From IMG/VR virus record IMGVR_UViG_3300007754_000006: a DNA stretch of 64,000 nt; one strand, written 5' to 3'. A model generated the notes under the pieces. The model worked only from the letters and a program-made list of their open reading frames with translations, was not told the DNA's origin and did no database searches. Below are positions 37,494 to 46,131 of this stretch, in pieces. The position numbers were made by a program, and so were the translations under genes. The DNA is from an uncultured virus (IMG/VR IMGVR_UViG_3300007754_000006) (taxonomy: Duplodnaviria; Heunggongvirae; Uroviricota; Caudoviricetes). Numbering within the stretch: the first letter of the stretch is position 1; each line of letters opens with the position of its first letter.

Positions 37494-37674
37494 GCTCCCA
37501 TCTCCCTGAGCAGAAGCTCCCGGATGATATGGGACATGGAAACCCTCCTCCGGAAAGCCTCCGCCTTCAACCAGGCAAGAATATCCGGGTCCAGGGTCAC
37601 TCTGATTGGGATCTTTCGCGCCATTTTGGCCTCCGCCTATGGTATAGGCGGGATATAGGCGCTCTATTTGGGGA

Positions 37675-38703
37675 TCACCAGAGATCGCAAAGGGTGCTCA
37701 GGATAGCGTGCGCGATCCGATACGGGTTGGCATTGGCGTTGGGGCGACGGTCCTCGAAGTAACCACAACCCTCCTTGTGCACGTTCGCCGGGATACGAAT
37801 CGAGGCAGTGCGGTCGGACACCCCGTATTTGAACTCTCGATACGAGCACGTCTCGTGCCGGCCGGTCAGGCGCATCTCGATCCCATCCCCGTAGGCCGCG
37901 AGATGTTCTTCGACCTTGTGGGACATCTTCTCACAGGCGCTCAGGATTTCCGACATCCCCCCGGGAGCCCGCATCTTGGCCGTGCTTGCATTGGTGTGCA
38001 GCCCAGCGCCATTCCAGTCGCCAGGGACCGGCTTGGGATCGAGGATGGCGGTCACGCCCATCTCCTCGCCCGCCCGGTACAGGAGCCAGCGAGCCAGCCA
38101 CAGGTGGTCGGTGGAGCGCAGGGGGCCACTGTCGGGACCTCCCATCTGGAACTCCCACTGGCCAGGCATGACCTCAGCGTTGATGCCCGTGATGTCGAGG
38201 CCTGCCTGGAAGCAAAGCTCGAGATGCCGCTCCACGATGTCTCGCCCGTAGACCTCATCTGCGCCCACACCACAATAGTAGGGTCCCTGGGCGGCCGGGA
38301 ACCGAGACTCCTGAGGGAACCCGAGGGGGCGGGAGCCCTTGAAGAACGTGTACTCCTGCTCGAAGCCGAACCATGACAAGAGAGCGCCTGCCCCCTGCGA
38401 CAGAACCCCACGCAGCTTGGCCCGGTAGTTGGACTCATGGGGAGTGCCATCCGGGTTCAGGACCTCACACAAGACCAGGGAATGACCCCGGCCCCGGAGG
38501 GGGTTCGGGACGACGCGAACGGGCTGGAGGAGCCGGTCGGAGTCGTGGCCCGGAGCCTGATTCGTGGAGCTCCCGTCGAACACCCATACAGGGTACTGAT
38601 CGAGGGTCTCCGGGAGGTCCTTCCGGAAGACCTTGGTCTTCGATCGGAGGAGGGCGGTGGGCTGGGTTCCGTCAACCCAGATGTAAACAGCAGAGGAGGG
38701 CAT
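37675..38703 (-). CDS. glnII: glutamine synthetase type II
   Basis: YIWVDG, LRSKTK, FDGSSTNQA, GFEQEY, QGPYYCGVG, NAEVMPGQWEFQ, GDWNGAG.H, RLTGRHET, EDRRP. Confidence 0.93.
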   Translation of the reverse strand: MPSSAVYIWVDGTQPTALLRSKTKVFRKDLPETLDQYPVWVFDGSSTNQAPGHDSDRLLQPVRVVPNPLRGRGHSLVLCEVLNPDGTPHESNYRAKLRGVLSQGAGALLSWFGFEQEYTFFKGSRPLGFPQESRFPAAQGPYYCGVGADEVYGRDIVERHLELCFQAGLDITGINAEVMPGQWEFQMGGPDSGPLRSTDHLWLARWLLYRAGEEMGVTAILDPKPVPGDWNGAGLHTNASTAKMRAPGGMSEILSACEKMSHKVEEHLAAYGDGIEMRLTGRHETCSYREFKYGVSDRTASIRIPANVHKEGCGYFEDRRPNANANPYRIAHAILSTLCDLW

Positions 38704-38744
38704 GGGAGCTCCATGGTTGGATGCCCCTCTCTACCCCGAGATGG

Positions 38745-39350
38745 TCAGTTGAGCTCGCCCTGATCGAGGATATCCCGGAGGCCTGCTCCATGCACCCGAA
38801 CATGACCTTCCCACCAGTGTCCTGCGAGCCCGACATCGGGCAGACCCTCGTCCGTGTGGTGAGGGGCGCGCTTGGCCTGTCGATATCCCCCGGTGTATCC
38901 GGGGAGCTTCTTCGCCTCTTCAGCAGCCTCGTCCAGGAGCTTCTTCGTCTCAGGGTTGGTGTCCACCACCCGACCGTCTGTGTAGCCGACTGGGAAGCAG
39001 GAGGACACAGGGAGTGCCCACAGGTGGTACTGGTTGGAAGTGTCGACCAGGCGGGTCTTCAGGGGGAACAGCTGGACGGCCTCGACCATGGTTCCGAGAA
39101 TCTCGTCCTTGATCCGCTGGAGATCACGCCACTCCGTGACCGGCTTCTTGTCGTGACGCTTGATGGACAGCTGGGCGCAGGGGAGATTCCCCCGTTGCGG
39201 AGCCGGCGGCATCACGTAGAGAGTGACCTGGTAGATGTTGTTGGCCCAGCACCTGATCGGCGTCGTAGACCAGTGATCGTTGGCCTCAGGAAGCGGAGGG
39301 AGTTCCTGGAAGAGGATCCATCCCTTGGCTCGGTTTCGACGGCGGCTCAT
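38745..39350 (-). CDS. conserved phage hypothetical protein
   Basis: 'LSIKR.D....WRDLQRIKDEILG..EAV..FP...RLVD..N.YHLW'. Confidence 0.7.
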   Translation of the reverse strand: MSRRRNRAKGWILFQELPPLPEANDHWSTTPIRCWANNIYQVTLYVMPPAPQRGNLPCAQLSIKRHDKKPVTEWRDLQRIKDEILGTMVEAVQLFPLKTRLVDTSNQYHLWALPVSSCFPVGYTDGRVVDTNPETKKLLDEAAEEAKKLPGYTGGYRQAKRAPHHTDEGLPDVGLAGHWWEGHVRVHGAGLRDILDQGELN

Positions 39351-39649
39351 GGAGAGTCCTCCTCGGGATTCAGGTGGTTGGCGATCTCGACCAAGACACT
39401 CCGCGCTGCGCTGGAGCCCTTGTGGAGGACCTCCCCCTCGGGGATATGATCAATATCCCCCCTCCGGAACCAGGCTTTGGCCAGCTGTTTCCAGTCGCTG
39501 CCCTCCAGCACACAGAGCCGATGTCCGAACGAGCGGTAGGCTCCCTGTCCAACCTGAAACAGCGAGATACGGAGCTTCCGGCCGTCGTTGAAGGTGCCGT
39601 AGAGAGCCCCGTTGAGAGGCTCCCAGACCATCTTGTTCTGGGTTGTCAT
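39347..39649 (-). CDS. hypothetical protein, one copy of local repeated domain
   Basis: 'MVWEPLNGALYGTFNDGRKLRIS...LVEIANHL'. Confidence 0.65.
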   Translation of the reverse strand: MTTQNKMVWEPLNGALYGTFNDGRKLRISLFQVGQGAYRSFGHRLCVLEGSDWKQLAKAWFRRGDIDHIPEGEVLHKGSSAARSVLVEIANHLNPEEDSP

Positions 39650-40317
39650 CGGACCACCACGTGCAGGGACCAGAACCCCACCGCTCGCTGGAGGAGGGCT
39701 GGGTCAAAGGTGGCTCCGGAGCCCCCGTGCTCCGGACCAAGAGCATCCCGGAGGATAGTGATAGGGGTCCGGGGGTCTGGATGTGAACCGACAGCGGAGT
39801 TGATGGAAACGATGCCCCAGTCACCCGTGCACTCTTCCCCTTCGGCTTCGATCTGCTCCTTCGAGTAGGCCACGATGTCAAGCCACGGAGCCTGGGGAAC
39901 CCCGGATGGGATGTCCTTACGCCGGATCCAACGCGAGAGGAAGGGGAGCTCCCCCTCTCGGCGCACCTTGTAGCCGGAACGGATGAGGTGCTCGTTGGCC
40001 GGAGTGATCGGGATGACCCCAGCTTCGACCTTGGTGTAGTTGGGCACGAAGATGTGCTTGCAGAACTCGGCGTGGCCGTCCCGGAGCACAGGGAAGTATT
40101 TCGTCAAGGGTCTCGAGAACCCGACGGAACGGAGCGCCGAGACGGCTCTGTCCGGATCCCTCGACAGCAGGGCATGGAGGACCCACAGGAACTCAGCCGG
40201 GGTCATCTCGGGGATCTTGGTTCCCCCGAACTCCGGATTCCCGAAGTGACGCCCTGCCAGGACGAAGTCGGTCATCCAGACGTTGGTGTCGTTGAAGAGT
40301 TCGTGGAGAGCGGTCAT
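39646..40317 (-). CDS. DUF3228-like protein
   Basis: 'DGHAEFCKHIFVPN', 'SGY..RREGELP.L.RW', 'LDIVAYSKEQI', 'PIT.LR.ALG...GGSG'. Confidence 0.7.
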   Translation of the reverse strand: MTALHELFNDTNVWMTDFVLAGRHFGNPEFGGTKIPEMTPAEFLWVLHALLSRDPDRAVSALRSVGFSRPLTKYFPVLRDGHAEFCKHIFVPNYTKVEAGVIPITPANEHLIRSGYKVRREGELPFLSRWIRRKDIPSGVPQAPWLDIVAYSKEQIEAEGEECTGDWGIVSINSAVGSHPDPRTPITILRDALGPEHGGSGATFDPALLQRAVGFWSLHVVVR

Positions 40318-40904
40318 GGTCGGGTCTCCCGACGGTGGCTGGGAAGGATGACATGGAGTTCAGGGGAGAGCGGATTGTTCTCCATCCACTGCCGGGCTCG
40401 GGTCTTCAGGGCCGTCCGGTTCATCCCGAGATCCTCAGGATTGTAGGCATGGGCGTCCAGGAGAAGGAGCAATCGGACAGCCGCGCCTGTCACCTCACCG
40501 GGGAGGTGGTTCGAGGGCCGGTTCAGGATCCCCCAACAGTCACGGACGTGCTCGGCTCGTGCGATGTTGGAGACATCCTTCAGGTCGGGGTTCCGGACCA
40601 GGGTCTCATGGAAGTGTCGGGCCACGGCCAAGACATCCGCAGTGAGTGCCTCCCGAGCGAAGGCACAAACGGTGGAGGCCCAGCTGAGACGAGCGCGAGC
40701 CCCTCCCTTCGCGTTGAGGGCCTCCTCCCGAGGGGTCACCGCCATGACCTTGATGGCGTAAGAAGGGTCCGTGGCTGCGAAGTGTCCTCGACACACGTGC
40801 CGAACCGCATCACCCAGCGTGGGGCAGAAGCCCTCTGTATGGAGAAGGCCCAAGGCCTCGATGGCCAGGGAACGGCGGAGGGCGTCGTATTCGAAGGGCG
40901 TCAT
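40314..40904 (-). CDS. hypothetical protein
   Basis: ATGA coupling on both sides. Confidence 0.6.
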   Translation of the reverse strand: MTPFEYDALRRSLAIEALGLLHTEGFCPTLGDAVRHVCRGHFAATDPSYAIKVMAVTPREEALNAKGGARARLSWASTVCAFAREALTADVLAVARHFHETLVRNPDLKDVSNIARAEHVRDCWGILNRPSNHLPGEVTGAAVRLLLLLDAHAYNPEDLGMNRTALKTRARQWMENNPLSPELHVILPSHRRETRP

Positions 40905-41134
40905 GTCTGGTCCTCTTGATCCTGCAGGTGCTCGTCCTCGAGCCGACGGACTTCCCGCTTCGCGTCCTGTCGGGCCTGCCGATGAACGAGGCGGCGCTGG
41001 TCGTGGATCTTGCTCTCAGCGTGATTACCGCGAGGGCCACCCTCTTCCCAGAGTTGGTCGAAGCTGTTGCGTCCGTGCCGTCGACGGCTCTTCTGTCCGT
41101 CTCCGGGACGTAGTCCATAGGGCTTCAGCGGCAT
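40901..41134 (-). CDS. small hypothetical protein
   Basis: AGGGG RBS, coupled. Confidence 0.5.
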   Translation of the reverse strand: MPLKPYGLRPGDGQKSRRRHGRNSFDQLWEEGGPRGNHAESKIHDQRRLVHRQARQDAKREVRRLEDEHLQDQEDQT

Positions 41135-41143
41135 ATCAGTCCC

Positions 41144-41644
41144 CTATACGAACAGCTTGTCCGCGAGATCCTTGAGAATAGATACCGCTTCCCCGTAGGT
41201 AGTGCAAGAAGGCTTGTCCCGCGCCCGATCTCCGGAGCCCGTCCGGACGAAGGCAGTGTCCAGCTGGGTCCATATCCCGTTCTCTCCCAGGATATGGAGA
41301 GTGACCGTGCAGACCTGGAGGTCACTGTTCTTGTGGTCCTTGATCCGGAGTCGTTGTCCCTGAGGACCCTCCGCATAGAGACTGCAGTTGATGGAACTCC
41401 ACCTCAGCTCCTTGGAGACCTCCGGCTTGGGGGTCGGGAACAGGAAGTCGGCGACCTCCTGGAGATCCTCGCGCGCTTCCTCAGACTGGTGTCCCTTGAT
41501 GGGCCGGGAGCCCAACTCGGCCCAACCTTCCGTGGAGGACAGGACGCTCAGGACGCAGCCCTTCTTCTCGGTGGTGATGCGCAACTTCCGCTCGCAGGGG
41601 GTGGTCGCATAGAGGGTGGCGTCATTGATATGGGTCCAGTTCAT
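41144..41644 (-). CDS. hypothetical protein, two copies of local repeated domain
   Basis: 'MNWTHINDATLYATTPCERKLRI' and 'LRWSSINCSLYAEGPQGQRLRI'. Confidence 0.65.
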   Translation of the reverse strand: MNWTHINDATLYATTPCERKLRITTEKKGCVLSVLSSTEGWAELGSRPIKGHQSEEAREDLQEVADFLFPTPKPEVSKELRWSSINCSLYAEGPQGQRLRIKDHKNSDLQVCTVTLHILGENGIWTQLDTAFVRTGSGDRARDKPSCTTYGEAVSILKDLADKLFV

Positions 41645-41645
41645 C

Positions 41646-42182
41646 TCAGGTTCCTTGGTACAGACGGTTGGCGAAGCATTCGATAATGCCCTTGCTGGCC
41701 TTCCGACCCTCCTGGTCGTTCAGGCGCTGGTCTGAGCGGAGGGTTGCCCACCCTCCGTCAGTGAGAAGGGACAGAGTCCTGGAACACCGGTTCTTGGGTC
41801 CGTTGTGGAACGAGACCATCAGAGTCTTCCCGCAAGCGGTGTCCGCGATCCAGGTGGCGCTATCGAACTGGTCCCACACCAAGGGCTTCCGCTCGTCCGC
41901 GGAGGGCTCCGGGAACAGGGCCTTCGCCATCTTCTTCATTGCGGTGGTCGCGCGGCTCGGTCCCGAATGGAGCTTCAGGCTGCCCTGCTCGTAGGTGCGA
42001 TAGCCGTCGTCATTGTACCAGGCCACGCCCAGGGTCTCCCATCCAGCGGGTCCAAGGATACAGAGGGCGATGCACCTTCCCGCGGAGTTGACGCCGATGC
42101 GCTGGTGGCGAAGCATCAGCTGCCGCCCGTCAGGGGTGGTGGAGAACATCTTGCCGTCTTGGGTCTTCCAGTTCATAGTCAT
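41646..42182 (-). CDS. hypothetical protein, two copies of local repeated domain
   Basis: 'MNWKTQDGKMFSTTPDGRQLML' and 'LVWDQFDSATWIADTACGKTLMV'. Confidence 0.65.
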   Translation of the reverse strand: MTMNWKTQDGKMFSTTPDGRQLMLRHQRIGVNSAGRCIALCILGPAGWETLGVAWYNDDGYRTYEQGSLKLHSGPSRATTAMKKMAKALFPEPSADERKPLVWDQFDSATWIADTACGKTLMVSFHNGPKNRCSRTLSLLTDGGWATLRSDQRLNDQEGRKASKGIIECFANRLYQGT

Positions 42183-42187
42183 GGTCC

Positions 42188-42955
42188 TCAGGCCGCTTCG
42201 GCGTCGGTGGTCTCAGCAGTGCCCTTCGCCTCGGCGATCAGAGCCTCGATCTCGCCTGCCTGCAGCCGGCGACCGTACTCGTCGAGGTCGCGACCCAGGA
42301 GCTTGTTGAGCATCTTCCAGACATCGCCCTTGCCGGTATCGGCGGCGCAGTCGGGACCCAGGCCCATCTCGATGCTGGCGGGAACCGTGAGACGGCGAGC
42401 GCAGCGGCAGCAGGAACCCTCGTGCCACACCTCGATGGCGCCGGGGAGGCCGCCACCGTTGGTCAGGCGGTCCCACAGCCAGGGGAAGGCCACGCGCTTG
42501 ACCGGGCACTTGATGTAGCCGCCGATCTTGTGGCGGGACAGGTTCTTGTCCAGACACTCCTGCTGGCGCTCGGTCAGGGGGATGCGGCGATGACGGATGC
42601 TGTTCATGAATCCGATCAGCCACTTGTCGTTGGCGCCCACAGCCGCAGCCTCGAGCTCCTGCATCTGGGTCAAGCGGCCACGGGGGGTCCAGTCGCCGTC
42701 GGCGTTCATGACACCCAGCAGCGAGTACGAGCGCTTCTTGGTGTTGTCGGAACCCGTGAAGGCCAGGACCGTGTAGGTGCGCTCGTCGTCCTCTCCAGCC
42801 GCCTCGACGCGGTAGGTGGCGCGCTTGCCGGTGGTGGTGTTCTTGATCGTGAACACAGCCTTGCCGCCGGACACGAACTCGATCACCTCGTCGGGGATGG
42901 AGAGGATGCGGCGATGGCGCGGCTTGGTCTCGGGAGTCGTGGTCGGGTCGGTCAT
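42188..42955 (-). CDS. DUF6011-like protein
   Basis: 'AVFTIKN..TGKR.TYRV', 'WHEGSCCRCARRLTVPASIE.GLGPDC'; AAGGAG RBS. Confidence 0.75.
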   Translation of the reverse strand: MTDPTTTPETKPRHRRILSIPDEVIEFVSGGKAVFTIKNTTTGKRATYRVEAAGEDDERTYTVLAFTGSDNTKKRSYSLLGVMNADGDWTPRGRLTQMQELEAAAVGANDKWLIGFMNSIRHRRIPLTERQQECLDKNLSRHKIGGYIKCPVKRVAFPWLWDRLTNGGGLPGAIEVWHEGSCCRCARRLTVPASIEMGLGPDCAADTGKGDVWKMLNKLLGRDLDEYGRRLQAGEIEALIAEAKGTAETTDAEAA

Positions 42956-42978
42956 TGGGTTCTCCTTTCCTCGCATTC

Positions 42979-43006
42979 GTTACGTCCGGGCCGTGGGCGG
43001 GGAAAC
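42979..43006 (-). promoter_or_regulatory. bipartite promoter motif GTTTC-N15-GACGTAAC
   Basis: intergenic, exact spacer. Confidence 0.75.
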
Positions 43007-43109
43007 CGAAATCCCGCTGTTTTTTACGGCTCCTGTGGCGCCTGTACAGGCGCTGTAAGTGGTCGGGGCCCAACGGGGCGTTGGGGCATTTCGAGAGTCT
43101 CCAGAGGGC

Positions 43110-43523
43110 TCAGAGAAGCCCTGCGTTGCGCAGGGGATGGGAGAGCTTGCCCTTCGTGACCTTCCACTGCTTCCCCGTCGAGTCCCTGATGATGATCGGG
43201 TATCGACGGTTCCGGGTCTTGATGTCGACGACCGTGACCTCCTGCAACGCACCTCGGTTCATCGAGGTCATGAACGTGAAGTTCCACGGCAGGTTCGGCA
43301 GGCCGATCTGCCTGGCCTTGTGAGCCCAGTTCAAAGGAGCCACAGTCCCCTGGTAGTTGGGCACTGTGAAGCGGAACGTGATCTCGAAGCGGTCCTGCAG
43401 GTGGCTGGTGCTCACGGTCTCAACGTTGAGACCGAGGCCCCGGGCGAACGCGCGGGGCATGGCGCTGAGTACGTCTTTCATCATCTCGGCGACGGAACTT
43501 GTGACCTCGGTAATCTCGCCCAT
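43110..43523 (-). CDS. hypothetical protein
   Basis: GGAG RBS, 137 aa. Confidence 0.6.
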   Translation of the reverse strand: MGEITEVTSSVAEMMKDVLSAMPRAFARGLGLNVETVSTSHLQDRFEITFRFTVPNYQGTVAPLNWAHKARQIGLPNLPWNFTFMTSMNRGALQEVTVVDIKTRNRRYPIIIRDSTGKQWKVTKGKLSHPLRNAGLL

Positions 43524-43525
43524 GG

Positions 43526-43753
43526 CTATCTCCAGTTCATCAGGGTGGAAACCTCATCCCAGAGGAGATCGCGAACGGTGAGCTCGATCTCCCGAGCCAT
43601 CTCAGCCGTCACGGAGCCCAGGCGCTCGAGCGCGAAGCCCAGGTCGTCCTCATCCATCGTGTAGGAATCGGAAGCCTCGGAGAGCTCCGCCGGCTCCAGG
43701 TCTTCGACCAGGGACTGGGCGATCGCGTGGGCGGTGGTGGTGAGTTCGTTCAT
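43526..43753 (-). CDS. small acidic hypothetical protein
   Basis: AGGAGG RBS and promoter just upstream (internal start in ORF 43526..43972). Confidence 0.6.
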   Translation of the reverse strand: MNELTTTAHAIAQSLVEDLEPAELSEASDSYTMDEDDLGFALERLGSVTAEMAREIELTVRDLLWDEVSTLMNWR

Positions 43754-43774
43754 CTCTCTTCCTCCTGCCCTTTC

Positions 43775-43802
43775 GTTACGTCCAGGTTGGAAGAGAGGAA
43801 AC
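43775..43802 (-). promoter_or_regulatory. bipartite promoter motif GTTTC-N15-GACGTAAC
   Basis: exact spacer. Confidence 0.75.
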
Positions 43803-43968
43803 CTCTGCAGGGAGAAATCCACCTCAGTGATTCCCCGACGTACCACAGGCTCGGGACGAGGGCTCTCCTGGGGCCGCTGGGGAACAGGAATCCGAACGCG
43901 CGGCTGCACCCGAGGACGTACCTGTTCACGCCGGAGCTTCTCGATCCTCTGCCGGATATCCCAGTAGT

Positions 43969-44295
43969 TCATGACACCACCGCCACGTTACGTCTCTGCA
44001 CGAACCAGTAGGTGCCCTCGGAATCCTGGACCTCGCAGCACTTCGGGACTCTGCTGTATCCTCGGTTGGCGGTGACCCGTTCACGAGTGACCGTGAACTG
44101 ACGCTTCCCTTCGGAACGGGAGGACACATCCCGAGGGGCCAGCTTTGATTCCCCGGCTGAGTCAAGCCCCTTGCTGCGGGGGGAATCCCGCCACTCCTGG
44201 ATCTCATCCTCGGTGATGGGGCGCCACAGGTACTCCCGGGGCTTGACGACGACTGTATCGCCCTTCTTGACCTTGATGTCGGCGAGGCGGCTCAT
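43969..44295 (-). CDS. hypothetical protein
   Basis: ATGA coupling. Confidence 0.6.
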   Translation of the reverse strand: MSRLADIKVKKGDTVVVKPREYLWRPITEDEIQEWRDSPRSKGLDSAGESKLAPRDVSSRSEGKRQFTVTRERVTANRGYSRVPKCCEVQDSEGTYWFVQRRNVAVVS

Positions 44296-44780
44296 GCCCG
44301 AGCCCCCAAGGTGCGTTGGAGCTCCGCACCCTTCGCTGGCGTCAGGAGCATCAGGAAGTTGCCGCTCCCATCGAATGCCTTCCAGGGACCAGAGACCTCA
44401 GCTCGGACCTCCGCGATGTTGTCGAACGGGCAGCTGGATAGAGGATCCGGAATATCCTGCCGGAAGTGGGACTCCCCCCGCATGAACGCATAGTCCTTCC
44501 GGACCTTCTCTTCGATCTTGTTCCAGAGCCGGGAGATGTCGTAGAACTTGGGGTTCGTCTGGTTTCCGGTTGTTCCTGCCTTCCCCCAGGTACAGGAGAA
44601 AGTGGAGCCGGACCCCTCTCCCGTATAGCGGACGCGCCACCACTTGTTGGACGGGTTCCCCTTCTCGGTGGTCCCTCTGTAGCGGAAGGTCAGGACGAAG
44701 GGAGTGCCCTGCCGTGCCAACCGGGCAGCGAACGGGGCCGCGCGGGAGACACCAGACATCTTCACCATCTTGGAGGCCAT
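44292..44780 (-). CDS. WGR-domain-like protein
   Basis: 'SNKWW.V......TWGKAGTTG......KIEEKVRKDY'. Confidence 0.65.
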   Translation of the reverse strand: MASKMVKMSGVSRAAPFAARLARQGTPFVLTFRYRGTTEKGNPSNKWWRVRYTGEGSGSTFSCTWGKAGTTGNQTNPKFYDISRLWNKIEEKVRKDYAFMRGESHFRQDIPDPLSSCPFDNIAEVRAEVSGPWKAFDGSGNFLMLLTPAKGAELQRTLGARA

Positions 44781-44796
44781 AGTCTCTCCTCTCCTC

Positions 44797-44946
44797 TCAG
44801 TGGGTGTGGTTCCAGATGAGCCAACCGGCCCCCAACAGGAGCGGGACCTCATGGACCAAGAGGTGCAGGACGAACAGGGCGACAGCCCAGCGACCGAACC
44901 TCTTGGTCCATCCGTGCAGACGGGAGTGGGAGTGGCTTTTGCACAT
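44797..44946 (-). CDS. small membrane protein
   Basis: AAGGAG RBS after promoter; hydrophobic segment. Confidence 0.55.
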   Translation of the reverse strand: MCKSHSHSRLHGWTKRFGRWAVALFVLHLLVHEVPLLLGAGWLIWNHTH

Positions 44947-44965
44947 ACTGGTCTCCTTCCCCACG

Positions 44966-44993
44966 GTTACGTCCGCGCGAGGACCACGGAATC
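44966..44993 (-). promoter_or_regulatory. bipartite promoter motif GATTC-N15-GACGTAAC
   Basis: exact spacer. Confidence 0.65.
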
Positions 44994-45398
44994 CTGTTTC
45001 CACACCAAATCCACGTGATATGACTCCAAGGGGAGGTCTTCCTCCAAGACCTGGTCCCGGACTCGCGGCCGGCGAGACCGAAACGGCTCACCGTTGCCGT
45101 CCACCCAGGAGGGGAGTCTCCGAACCTCCTCGATTCCGGAGAGCACCTGCGCGGGTGCCGCCGGGGGCTCTTCCAGGTCGTGTGGGAGCAGCTTGTGGGG
45201 CCTGTGGTAACGTAGAACACCGCTGTGCCGGGGGTTGTAGCCCCCACACTTGTAGAAGGCGCTCAGCGTTGCTGTAGGGACCCATGCCAGGTACCAGTGA
45301 GACTGCCCCATGATGCGAGCGCGGCCCAGGAACACGAAATCCGTGGACCGCAACCCGTACTGGGGGAACCGATAGTTGTGGCCGATCTCGATGTTCAT
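44967..45398 (-). CDS. hypothetical protein
   Basis: ATGA coupling. Confidence 0.55.
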   Translation of the reverse strand: MNIEIGHNYRFPQYGLRSTDFVFLGRARIMGQSHWYLAWVPTATLSAFYKCGGYNPRHSGVLRYHRPHKLLPHDLEEPPAAPAQVLSGIEEVRRLPSWVDGNGEPFRSRRPRVRDQVLEEDLPLESYHVDLVWKQDSVVLART

Positions 45399-45661
45399 GA
45401 CGTCGGCGTTGCGAACCTGAGCCACTCGTGGTAGTTGACCACCCGCAGGAGAGTCTCGGGGTCATCCCCGAACACCGCCAGGAACATGCTGTACATGTCG
45501 ACGGCCTCGTTCTCCGACAGGAATGAGCCCAGGAGTGCCTGGATCCAGGCACGGACCAGTTCCTCCTCTCGATCAAACAGGAAATGGGCCAGGCCGGGGA
45601 TCTTGAGATCCAGCACATCCTCTGGTTGGACCACTGTCGGGGCCACGGTCGGGGCGTTCAT
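45395..45661 (-). CDS. hypothetical protein
   Basis: AGGAGG RBS, coupled. Confidence 0.6.
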   Translation of the reverse strand: MNAPTVAPTVVQPEDVLDLKIPGLAHFLFDREEELVRAWIQALLGSFLSENEAVDMYSMFLAVFGDDPETLLRVVNYHEWLRFATPTS

Positions 45662-46131
45662 CAGCTACCTCCTGTGCGGAATGAGACCCGCGCCTTGGGG
45701 ATTACGTCTTCCAGACAAGAAAGCAGTCGGCTGGCAGCTACTCCATCACGACCACCCCGTGCAATATCACGGTCCATGAGCTCCCGCCAGTTGGGCCTCA
45801 GCTGGTAGGTGGTGCGGAAGTATCGGTGGATGTCAGGGCGGTGCGCGGCGGATACTCCCTTCCGAAGCCGGGTCTCGACAGGAGCCTGGGTGACTCGAAC
45901 GGAACCTCGGGGGGTCTCCAGGCCAGGGACGGGAGACGCAGGGAGAGAAAGAGTCCCCGGAACCCCGTTCAGTTCCTCCTGAGTCTTCTCCCGGAGGTCT
46001 TTCTTGATGGATTCGAGGAGGCTCTGGAGTTCTCGGATGATCTGGGTCAGGAGAAGCGCGAGGGCTGCCTTCTGGTAGACAGTCAAGGGCTCGCGGGCAA
46101 GTAGACGGCGGATTTCGGAGATGAGGTCCAT
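45661..46131 (-). CDS. hypothetical protein
   Basis: TAATG coupling. Confidence 0.6.
   Translation of the reverse strand: MDLISEIRRLLAREPLTVYQKAALALLLTQIIRELQSLLESIKKDLREKTQEELNGVPGTLSLPASPVPGLETPRGSVRVTQAPVETRLRKGVSAAHRPDIHRYFRTTYQLRPNWRELMDRDIARGGRDGVAASRLLSCLEDVIPKARVSFRTGGS

Noticed and set aside
43987..43994. Additional bipartite promoter copies (GACGTAAC here; GACGTAAT near 45701)
   Set aside because: No GWTTC box at the 15-nt spacing
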